Source: a virus. From it: DNA of 64,000 bases. Under the pieces are notes generated by a model, which saw only the letters and a list, made by a program, of their open reading frames with translations, ran no database searches and had not been told where the DNA came from. A program made the translations under genes and the position numbers. The stretch is from the IMG/VR virus record IMGVR_UViG_3300047160_020099, positions 1 through 64,000 of that record. One strand, written 5' to 3'. The stretch's first letter is position 1, and each line of letters begins with the position of its first letter. Below, in pieces: positions 34,969 to 43,700 of the stretch.

Positions 34969-35373
34969 ATGGCCGAACAGCAACAGCTCCAGTTTCCGCA
35001 GGCCGCGTACGAAGTCCTGGTCAACAAGGTCCACCGGCCTGTTTTCCTGGAGAAGCTGGCCGCCGAGTACAACATCATCCCGCAGTCGCCGCAGGACGAG
35101 TTCCAGTTGCTGGAGCTTGCCGGCCTCTTGCGGGAAGCCCGCGAGTCACAGACCGTCAAGACGGCTGCGGCCGGTGGCGGCAACAACTTCCTGACGGAAG
35201 CTACTGACAGCCTCAAGGGCGCCTTGTCGCAGCTTGGCTATGGCCAGGTTCCGACTTTCCGTGACCGGCTGATCAAGCAGGCCGCGGCTGGGCTGTCGCA
35301 AGATCCCGAGGTCGTCAGGGCCGTCGAGGAGTTCGGTAGCTACTGGGGCAAGGTGGCCGAGCAGAACGGCTAA
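34969..35373 (+). CDS. Putative head protein rich in K-x-A
   Basis: EKLA, VKTA, IKQA and GKVA motifs; AAGGA RBS. Confidence 0.65.
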   Translation: MAEQQQLQFPQAAYEVLVNKVHRPVFLEKLAAEYNIIPQSPQDEFQLLELAGLLREARESQTVKTAAAGGGNNFLTEATDSLKGALSQLGYGQVPTFRDRLIKQAAAGLSQDPEVVRAVEEFGSYWGKVAEQNG

Positions 35374-35423
35374 TTGCCGCTTCGCTAATCTTTTTTTACA
35401 TGTGACCACGGAGGGTTCTCCAC

Positions 35424-37004
35424 ATGGCTGGTCTGTATACAACCGTCAAGAACCTCATGGGTGTGGACCACGTTTTTGGCTACATTCCGCCCCACGGCAA
35501 GAAGCTGCTCGCCAACGCGGCCTACACTTTGCCGGGCGATCTGCTCAGCCACACGTTGTTCGGTCGCACCAGCAATTTCAGCCGCATGCGCTTCAAGTCG
35601 CTGGAACGTGACTTGTATCGTGGCCGGCTGGCTGTCGAGAGCACGCCCGCGCCGATCTTCTTCGATGCGGCTGCGCCAACGGCCCTCACAGCTGCCAGCG
35701 GTGCCCCGACACTCGGTACAGCTGGCGGCACCACCTGGACTGGCACAACCGGCAGCTACTACTTCGTCTACACCTACCTGAACGCGTACGGTGAAACGAC
35801 GATTGGTTCGAGCCGCACCGCTGCCACCACACTGACCAACGGCACAACCAAGGAACAGATCACCATCCCGACGAAGACAGGCGCTACCAGCGCCAACGTC
35901 TACGCCAGCACCACAAGCGGTTCCGAGGTGTTCTTGCAGAACATCGCTTCGGCCAGCTTCGGCTCTGCTGTGGACATCGTGGCCAACTTCCCGAGCGGCA
36001 CGGCGTTGCCAAGCTCCAACACAGCGACACTGCCTGCTCCGACTCTGATCCCGGCGGTCAACGTCACAGGTGGTGGTGCCACAGGCGGCTCGCTTCAGTC
36101 CGGTGCGTACTTTGCCAAGTACACCTGGACCAACGCCAATGGCGAGACCACGGTTTCGCCCGAGACGCTCCAGTTCACCGTCGCCACCGGCAACATCCCT
36201 GCACTGACTTTGCAGCCGGCGCCTAACGGTGCGACCGGTGTCAACATCTACCTCACCGCGGCTGCTGGTGGAACAGGTACAGAAACCCTCTACGACAGTG
36301 TGCCGATCCCGGCTGGTGGCCTTGCCAGCAACCTGGCCGGCTACTTGCAGCCGGGTATTGGTGGTTCGGGTTCCAACCCGGAGACGCCACTCTCGCTGTA
36401 TCTCTTCCAGAAGGCCCAGGCGACTGGCGCCTCCATGCCTGGTGCCAATACGGCGGTGGTTTCGGCTCCGACTGTCACACCGGTCGTGACAGTTCTGGCG
36501 TCTGGTGTGCCCGGCGTGACGCCGCCACTGAGCAACCTCGCACCTTACCTTGCCCCTGGTATGCAGGGCGATGTGTGGTTCGGGGCGCAACAGTACAACG
36601 GTCAGCTTCAGCCTGGTACATACTACGCCAAGTTCACCTACGTCAACGCTGGTGGTGAGACCACTCCGTCCCCAGAGTCCAGCCCGTTCACTGTCGTGGC
36701 CGGGCAGATTCCGGTGATGCAGCTGGTGCCACCGGGCCGATCGCCGGAAGGGTTGGCCCTATTCCCGCCTGGTGTGACCAGTGTGAACGTGTACCTGACA
36801 GCTGCTGGCGGTGGCGCTGGCAACGAGACGCTTTACCTGAGCGGTGTCACTGCGGCTTTCGCCCTGCTGACCATTCCGACCGGTAACGTATCGTGGCCGA
36901 CAACCAACACGACTGGTGGCCACTCCGTTCGAACGATTCGCGTGAATGCCGATACTCTCGGCACCCTTGACCCGGCCTGGGGTGCCTACCGCGGGCCGGC
37001 GTGA
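35424..37004 (+). CDS. Virion surface protein with three Ig/FN3-like modules
   Basis: Repeated Y(Y/F)xxYTxxNAxGETT..VNxYLT modules shared with 18811 and the sheath. Confidence 0.7.
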   Translation: MAGLYTTVKNLMGVDHVFGYIPPHGKKLLANAAYTLPGDLLSHTLFGRTSNFSRMRFKSLERDLYRGRLAVESTPAPIFFDAAAPTALTAASGAPTLGTAGGTTWTGTTGSYYFVYTYLNAYGETTIGSSRTAATTLTNGTTKEQITIPTKTGATSANVYASTTSGSEVFLQNIASASFGSAVDIVANFPSGTALPSSNTATLPAPTLIPAVNVTGGGATGGSLQSGAYFAKYTWTNANGETTVSPETLQFTVATGNIPALTLQPAPNGATGVNIYLTAAAGGTGTETLYDSVPIPAGGLASNLAGYLQPGIGGSGSNPETPLSLYLFQKAQATGASMPGANTAVVSAPTVTPVVTVLASGVPGVTPPLSNLAPYLAPGMQGDVWFGAQQYNGQLQPGTYYAKFTYVNAGGETTPSPESSPFTVVAGQIPVMQLVPPGRSPEGLALFPPGVTSVNVYLTAAGGGAGNETLYLSGVTAAFALLTIPTGNVSWPTTNTTGGHSVRTIRVNADTLGTLDPAWGAYRGPA

Positions 37005-37029
37005 ACGAAGCTCCTGTTCTCCCTCTCGG

Positions 37030-37061
37030 CCGGCCCCTGTTCTGCAGGGGCCGGTTTTTTT
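37030..37061 (+). terminator. Intrinsic terminator
   Basis: CCGGCCCCTG/CAGGGGCCGG followed by T7. Confidence 0.85.
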
Positions 37062-37070
37062 AGCACTCAC

Positions 37071-37625
37071 ATGCTGCCACTGAACTACGCGCTTGCATTG
37101 GCTTTACTGACAGCCGGCGGGCCGGACGAAGGCCCACTGGACTGCAAGGGCTACGGCACCCTTCTGCCTACGCTGCAAGACGTGGCGGTTTCGATCGAGG
37201 TTCTCGACAAACGTGAGCTACGCTACTGGCTAGCCAAGTACGAAGAACTGCCTCTTGACCTGCGCAACATACGGAAGCGCTGTCGGGAGCTAGGAGACGC
37301 ACCGCCTCTGGCAGAACACTGGCGTTTTCCTACCCGCGAGCTCCTGATCGAACAGAAAGGTTTCAACCGGGAATGCCACGCGTATCTCGAAGGGCAGCGG
37401 GAGATGGACTTCTTGCGACCGGGCTGGTACGTGGAACGGCTAGCAGAATTGGACAGGCTCTTACTGATATATGACAAGGCGACGGACGTGAAGACCGAGT
37501 ATTACTATACTACGGTCAGGCGAGGCGCCCTGAAAGATCTCCGCGAGCTGCTAGGCTGGAAGCGCTACAGCGAGGGAACGTTACCGCCTTGCGTGCCTGT
37601 GAACCTGTTTAGGGTGGCCAACTGA
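37071..37625 (+). CDS. Putative exported protein, possibly host-derived
   Basis: Hydrophobic N-terminus; recalled resemblance to a Gemmataceae hypothetical family (unverified). Confidence 0.6.
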   Translation: MLPLNYALALALLTAGGPDEGPLDCKGYGTLLPTLQDVAVSIEVLDKRELRYWLAKYEELPLDLRNIRKRCRELGDAPPLAEHWRFPTRELLIEQKGFNRECHAYLEGQREMDFLRPGWYVERLAELDRLLLIYDKATDVKTEYYYTTVRRGALKDLRELLGWKRYSEGTLPPCVPVNLFRVAN

Positions 37626-37634
37626 CCTGTTGAT

Positions 37635-37663
37635 TTGTAGCGTCGTCCTGGCCTTGTTATAGT
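37635..37663 (+). promoter_or_regulatory. Putative sigma70-type promoter
   Basis: TTGTAG-N17-TATAGT with TGn extension. Confidence 0.45.
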
Positions 37664-37710
37664 CAAGGTGGACATCGTAGCTGGCTCATAAACGGGCAAA
37701 GGACTGCACC

Positions 37711-38499
37711 ATGAGCATTATCCTCACCGCACTTCTGGTCGTTGTGTTCCTGCTGTTGCTTGATCTCAACAAGCTCATCATGGTGCCTTCGGCCGGTGGC
37801 GTGGAGTTGCTGAAGCGGCAGCTCTATGGCCGCGGCGGCACCATTACAGCCGCCACCAACGCCAGCCCCACGGTCATCACCAGCACTTCCCACGGCCTGT
37901 CTAACGGTGATGCCGTCTACATCGCGGGTGCGACAGGCAACACGAACATCAACGGCGGTCCCTTTGTGGTCAACAACGTGGCCACAAACACTTTCCAGAT
38001 CGCCACGATTTCAGGCACCACCCTTACCCTGGTCAACGGTAACGGCACGTTCGGCGGCACCTGCTACTGGTCGCTCGCCAACATGGAAAACTGTGCCCTG
38101 AAGCTTTACTCCAGCAACACCACCCCGGCTGAGGGTGACACAGCTGGTACGTACACCGAAGTGGCCAACGGCTCCGGCTACACGACCGGCGGCGTTACGC
38201 TCAACAGCGTTACCCAGGCGACCGGTCAGTCCGGCTGGACAGTGCCGGCCACAGTGGGTTCAGGCGGTACTGGTGCCTGGGGCACAGGTCTTGGCACTGG
38301 TTCGACAAACGTGCCGGAAAGCACGTACAACCAGCAAACCTGGTCCTGGACCGGCAACGTGACAGCGTACGGTTACTTCGTGGTCGGAGGCACTTCGACG
38401 ACAATCTGGTGGAGCGAGCGGTTTGCCAACCCGCCAAAAAACTTCGGGTCGGGCGATACACTCCAGCTAACGCCGAGGTTGGGCTTGACGCACGCTTGA
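37711..38499 (+). CDS. Virion structural (fibre-associated) protein
   Basis: Thr/Gly-rich; ITAATNASPTVITSTSHGLSNGD module; LKLYSSNTTP..YTEV..GY..YGYFV pattern; alternative start at 37780. Confidence 0.65.
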   Translation: MSIILTALLVVVFLLLLDLNKLIMVPSAGGVELLKRQLYGRGGTITAATNASPTVITSTSHGLSNGDAVYIAGATGNTNINGGPFVVNNVATNTFQIATISGTTLTLVNGNGTFGGTCYWSLANMENCALKLYSSNTTPAEGDTAGTYTEVANGSGYTTGGVTLNSVTQATGQSGWTVPATVGSGGTGAWGTGLGTGSTNVPESTYNQQTWSWTGNVTAYGYFVVGGTSTTIWWSERFANPPKNFGSGDTLQLTPRLGLTHA

Positions 38500-38557
38500 C
38501 AGAATTCTACGTTATCTGTAAATTAGCTCCTGATGGTAACTTAATCAGGAGCTAATT
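38496..38557 (+). promoter_or_regulatory. Sigma70-type promoter overlapping an RBS-sequestering hairpin
   Basis: TTGACA-N17-TAAATT; 14-bp perfect inverted repeat AATTAGCTCCTGAT/ATCAGGAGCTAATT (38521-38557) covering AGGAG. Confidence 0.7.
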
Positions 38558-39538
38558 ATGACAGAGACATGGAAATCGCCGTTGGGTAAACGACCGAGAA
38601 CTTACAGTCCAGAATTCGAGCAAACAGTTTTACAAGCGTTCCGCGAGGGAAAATCCGCTTCAGATATCGGTCGCGAAACAAATAAGCCGGCTTACTTGAT
38701 TCGGCTCATTCTGCAACGGTTTGGACTTAAAGCATCCGTGAATCAGCGGAGAGGACCACAAGGAAAACCACCAGAGACCCAACAAGCTATCGTGGTTTTT
38801 TATCAGGAGCCTCATACGATTCACGCAACAATGGAGCGCTTTGGCATGTCATATGGAGGTATTCGCAAGATACTGTCCAAAAATAATGCGCTTCGTGGTG
38901 ATGAGGGTCGCCGAGCTTTTAGTCCAGACGAAGTAGCTGAAATGAAAAGGCTGTTTCTGGCTGGCACGTCGCTCTGTGAAATAGCTGAGCAATTCCACAC
39001 ATGCGCACGAACAACGGAACGCTGGCTACACGAGAACGGTGTTGAACTTCCGGTTAAAAAGGATCAGCGACGTACAGAATTAGCCGAAGGGGTGGCCGAG
39101 GCAATCAAAGCATTGTGGGCTGACGGCAATAACACCGGTACGATCGCAGAAGCGTGTGGATTGAAACGAGGAGCGGTGATCTGGTTTATACGACGCGAGG
39201 GATTGAGTCGTCCACGTAAAGATGGCCGTATTTTCCATCGCAGAGATGGTTATTGGTACATTCTTGTTCGCGCGGACGATCCTATGCACGCTATGGCTAA
39301 TACCAATAGCTATGTCCTTGAACACCGCCTCGTCGTGGCCCGCCACCTCGGCCGTCCGCTGACCCGGCACGAAACCGTTCACCACATCAACGGTGACAAG
39401 AACGACAACCGGCTGGACAACCTCCAGCTTCGCCACGGCAACCATGGGACTGGAATCGTTCTCCAGTGTCGCTGCTGTGGCTCAACCGATATCACCGAAC
39501 GACCTTTGGCCGTCAGTGAACTTAAACCAGGAGATTGA
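38558..39538 (+). CDS. HNH homing endonuclease with tandem HTH repeats
   Basis: YVLEHRLVVARHLGRPLTRHETVHHINGDKNDNRLDNL; four HTH-like units; lower GC than neighbours. Confidence 0.88.
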   Translation: MTETWKSPLGKRPRTYSPEFEQTVLQAFREGKSASDIGRETNKPAYLIRLILQRFGLKASVNQRRGPQGKPPETQQAIVVFYQEPHTIHATMERFGMSYGGIRKILSKNNALRGDEGRRAFSPDEVAEMKRLFLAGTSLCEIAEQFHTCARTTERWLHENGVELPVKKDQRRTELAEGVAEAIKALWADGNNTGTIAEACGLKRGAVIWFIRREGLSRPRKDGRIFHRRDGYWYILVRADDPMHAMANTNSYVLEHRLVVARHLGRPLTRHETVHHINGDKNDNRLDNLQLRHGNHGTGIVLQCRCCGSTDITERPLAVSELKPGD

Positions 39539-39541
39539 TTC

Positions 39542-40153
39542 ATGAAGGATTCTCTCGGCCTCGAAGCTCCAGTGCAGCCGGCTCCCCGGCTTCGTCCTCG
39601 CTCGTTCGTCAAGCTTCAGCTCAAGGACAAAGCGAAGCAGAAGTACTTTACGGAGCAGGGCGCACACACTGCCCGTGACGGCTCCCTCGTTGCGATCTTC
39701 TATGGCGGCTTTACTTCCACCGCCATCGAGGTCACCCGTCAGGACGGGACCAAGGAGACACATAGCAGCGAGTGGATTCCTGAACACTTCCAGCTCATTC
39801 GGGCCAATGGGACCAACCTCTCGTTGCCTGTGCTGGAGGAGAAGCTCGGGCACTGGGTGATCCAGGACATCAACTTCCTGCCTCACACCAAGGACGGTGC
39901 TCCCAACCCGAACATCGTGTCCTGGGCGCCTGTCAATGATGCCCGGGACCTGCCGCCTGGCCGGATCGTCCATCCTCAGTGGCTTGAGGCACTTCACAAT
40001 GCCGACAAGAAACCAGGCGAGGAAGGGCACCGGCTGACCGACGCACAACACACGGAACACGCAGCCGGCCTGACGCCTGCCCAGTTCATGGCCAAGGCCG
40101 CGAAGTTCGTGCCTCACCCAGCAGCGGAAGCTGCTTTGACCGCGAAGGACTGA
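39542..40153 (+). CDS. Hypothetical protein
   Basis: AGGAG RBS; 203 aa. Confidence 0.7.
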   Translation: MKDSLGLEAPVQPAPRLRPRSFVKLQLKDKAKQKYFTEQGAHTARDGSLVAIFYGGFTSTAIEVTRQDGTKETHSSEWIPEHFQLIRANGTNLSLPVLEEKLGHWVIQDINFLPHTKDGAPNPNIVSWAPVNDARDLPPGRIVHPQWLEALHNADKKPGEEGHRLTDAQHTEHAAGLTPAQFMAKAAKFVPHPAAEAALTAKD

Positions 40154-40179
40154 ACGTTGAAGCTAGGGAGGGCTTACCC

Positions 40180-40785
40180 ATGGCCGTGCGTCTGTCAGAT
40201 ACGGAAAAGCTGCTTGCCGTGATGTGGCGGTCCAAGATGGAGGCCGCCAATATCCCTCTCGATCCAGCTCACCGCAATCCCAGCCAGCTGCAAGCCTCTG
40301 TATTCATGCTGTGGACTGCCCGAATGGAAATGGCAGTGGACGGGCAGACAGTAGACTACAGGATCTTGCAAGAGTGGATTCATCCAGCCTCGGGTCCGCC
40401 GGGTTCACTCGCGCCGCCAGTGTCAGCAGACGTCCTTGCCGCTTCTGGGCCGACGCCCATCACGTTCTCGATCGCTCCCGCTGCGCGTTCAGGCGCCTTT
40501 GGCTCGTCCGTTGTGACGCATCCGGGCGGTGCTTACACCCGGCTCTACTGGGAACTCAACCTGCCGACGGTCACGGACTACGTCAATCCGGCGAACCAGA
40601 TTGTCATGAACTTCATCGTCAATGGCAATCCAAGCCAGATCATCTGGCAAGGAAACGACGGCAACGTACCTCCTTTCGCAATGGAGTACGACATCAGCCG
40701 TTACGGCGCCGGCACGACGTTCCAGATAACAGGCAGCCTGAACAATACAATGAACATGGGCATAGCGAACGGTAAGCTATCGTGA
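40180..40785 (+). CDS. Hypothetical (putative virion) protein
   Basis: GGGAGG RBS; beta-rich C-terminal half. Confidence 0.65.
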   Translation: MAVRLSDTEKLLAVMWRSKMEAANIPLDPAHRNPSQLQASVFMLWTARMEMAVDGQTVDYRILQEWIHPASGPPGSLAPPVSADVLAASGPTPITFSIAPAARSGAFGSSVVTHPGGAYTRLYWELNLPTVTDYVNPANQIVMNFIVNGNPSQIIWQGNDGNVPPFAMEYDISRYGAGTTFQITGSLNNTMNMGIANGKLS

Positions 40786-40786
40786 C

Positions 40787-43700
40787 ATGGCCACTATTGC
40801 CTATGTTACCGGTCAGACAACCGGAACCTCAGCGGCCAGTGCCGCGTCTGTTCAGACATTGGGGATGCCCAATCCCCCGACGGTGGGCAATGTAGTAGTC
40901 GCCTTTTGTGCTGCATCAGCAGGCGCTGCTGCTGTTTATTCGGTTACTGACAACGCCTCTCCTCCCAACACTTTCAATCTGCTGGGCTCATTCGCCTCTT
41001 CCAGCAACCGTGACTCGCTAATCTACGCCGCCTACATTGCCACCAGTACAGTCGGCGCCAACTCCTACAAAGTAACCTTCAGTGAAACAGGCGGCTCTGG
41101 TCCTGGCCTACGAGTCTCTGCGCTTGAGTTCTCTGGGGTGAAAATATCAGGTTCTGCGCCCGTACAGGACGGTAGCTCCGTGGGCGCTACTGGTACAAGT
41201 TCCGCTCCTGCACCAGGCAACATGACAGTCAGTGCCGGAGACCTGGTGTTGGGCGTTTCGATCAACAGCTCGGGAACCTATACGGGTCCAACCGGCTGGA
41301 CCCAGGCGATGAATACTAGCACGAACCCGGCTAGTGACGGGGAATACATCATCAATCCGGCCTCGCCCACGAATCCTACATGGGGTTTGAGTGGTAGCTT
41401 CAGCTGGTCGGCGGTACAGGCGGCTCTTCTTGCGGCCCCGAGCGTCGTTACTATAGGCGGTACGGGAGGTTCAGTAACAGGCAGCGATTCCAGCGGCACC
41501 TATGTCCCAACGTTGTCGGGTGGTTCCGTTGGTGGCAGCAGCCCTGCAGTTCCTGCCACTTACAACCCAGCACCTTCAGGCGGAGCGATAGACGGCTCTG
41601 ACGGTTCACCTATCGACGTCCCGGGAATCAAAGGCGGAACCCTGGACGGGTCTGGCATAGGAGCCACAGCCACTTACACTCCGGCTCCATCAGGGGGTGA
41701 CATAGTTGGTACCACCGCAAACGTGCCCAACGCTGCTGCTAGTGTTACGTTGCTGGGCCATACAACCGCTACCAACGCTAGTGCCACATCGCTTATCGTC
41801 AACCGTCCAACAGGCGCGACCGTAGCTGGCAACATTTTGCGAGCCACGTTTGCATCTGGTACAACTAACGGCTTCACACCCGGTACGCCAAGTGGCTGGA
41901 CTCGGGTGATAGCTAACAACCTGGACTCCAACAATTACCTGTACGTTTTCGAGAAGGTTACGGGCGCCTCGGAGCCCACAACATACACCTTTACCCAAGG
42001 TGGCGCTAACGACAATATGGCCGTGATCCTGGCGTGCTACGGCGGAGCTGCCAGTATATCGGAAGCCCAGGCGACCAATAACTCAGGGCTCCCTGGTGTT
42101 ACGCCAACGGCCAATAGCGTAACCACGTTAGGTACGAATCGTCTCCTGTGTAGTGACTTCCTTGCCGACGGTGCCACGACCATCAGTCCACAAGGCTCAA
42201 TGACCAGCGTTGCTGGCACCATAGCTGTAGGTGCTATCTCACTCAACTGTGCCTATGAAACCGTGGCAGCTTCTGGCAGTACAGGTACACGCACGGCCAG
42301 CTACAGTCCCATAAAGACCTGGGCCACTTCGGCAGACGCTCTTCCTCCCGGTGGTGGAACAACCGGTACTCAGGCCATCTACAATCCGCCTCCTTCGGGC
42401 GGTACGGTTGATGGCAGCCAGGCCAGTCCAGCCTGGACTGATACTCCAGTTCCTTCGGGTGGTGACATAGTTGGCACCACTGTCGGCACGCAGGCCACCT
42501 ACAATCCTGCTCCTTCAGGCGGTTCGCTTGATGGCAGCAAAGCCAGCCCAGCCTGGACTGACACTCAGACTCCGTCTGGCGGGTCGCTAACCGGCACTAC
42601 CGCTAACGTTCCCACTGTTCCCACTCCAGCTCTACGTAGCTCTTCGACGCAACACGGGAGTGCTACTTCTCTCACCGTTAACAAACCGGCAGGCACACAG
42701 TCCGGCGACTTGTTGAGAGCTGTCGTATCGGTGAGTCAAGTAGGTGGTAGCTTCCCAGCCACGCCAACTGGTTGGTCAGTTGACGTCTCTACCCAAGACT
42801 ATGTCGGGAACACCTACACCACAGCTTTCTGGAAGATAGCCGGATCAAGTGAACCTAGCACGTACACGTTCACTCAGCCAGGTGTGGCAGACCACATGAT
42901 GGTCATCCTGGCCGCCTATACTGGCATTTCGGCTGGGCCAGAAGCTCACGTTGGCAACTACAACATTGCCAGTACAACAACTGCCACGGCAAACGGTGTC
43001 ACTACGCTGGGTGCATACCGGCTGCTTTGCTGCGACTTCATGCCCACTACAGCAGTCTCCATAACACCACAAGCTTCCATGACCAGTGTGGCGGGCACGG
43101 TCACGGAAGGTTACGCAATGAACTGTGCCTTCGAGATCGTGCCGGCAACGGGGGTTACTGGAAGCCGTACAGCCACACTCGGCTCAGCTTCGTCTAGCTC
43201 TGAAATCTCAAGTGCCTTCCCGCCCACCGGAGTTCCTTCGACTGGTACTCAGGCTACTTACAACCCAGCACCTGCTGGCGGCACGATCGATGGCAGTCAG
43301 GCCAGTCCGGCTGGAACGGACATTCAAACGCCGACTGGTGGAGACGTGATTGGCACTGTTGCCGACACTCCAACCATCTACAACCCGCCTCCTTCCGGCG
43401 GCTCACTTGATGGCAGCCAGGCCGATATAGCCAAGACCACTACGCCAGTACCGGCTGGTGGCACTCTTGATGGCTCACAAGCCGACGTATCTAGCAGCTA
43501 CGTGCCGACAGCAACCGGCGGCAGTTTGACAGGGTCTCAGGAAACATTGACCTTGCTGCCAGCACCGCAAGGGGGCAGCTCTGTTAGCTCACAAGCCAAT
43601 ACACCCAGCAGTTACGTACCAAAAGCTACTGGCGGTGGTTTGGAAGGAAGCGAAGCTGGCGTTGGTTCTGTTCCTCCAGTAATAGCTAGTGGCGGCAGTT

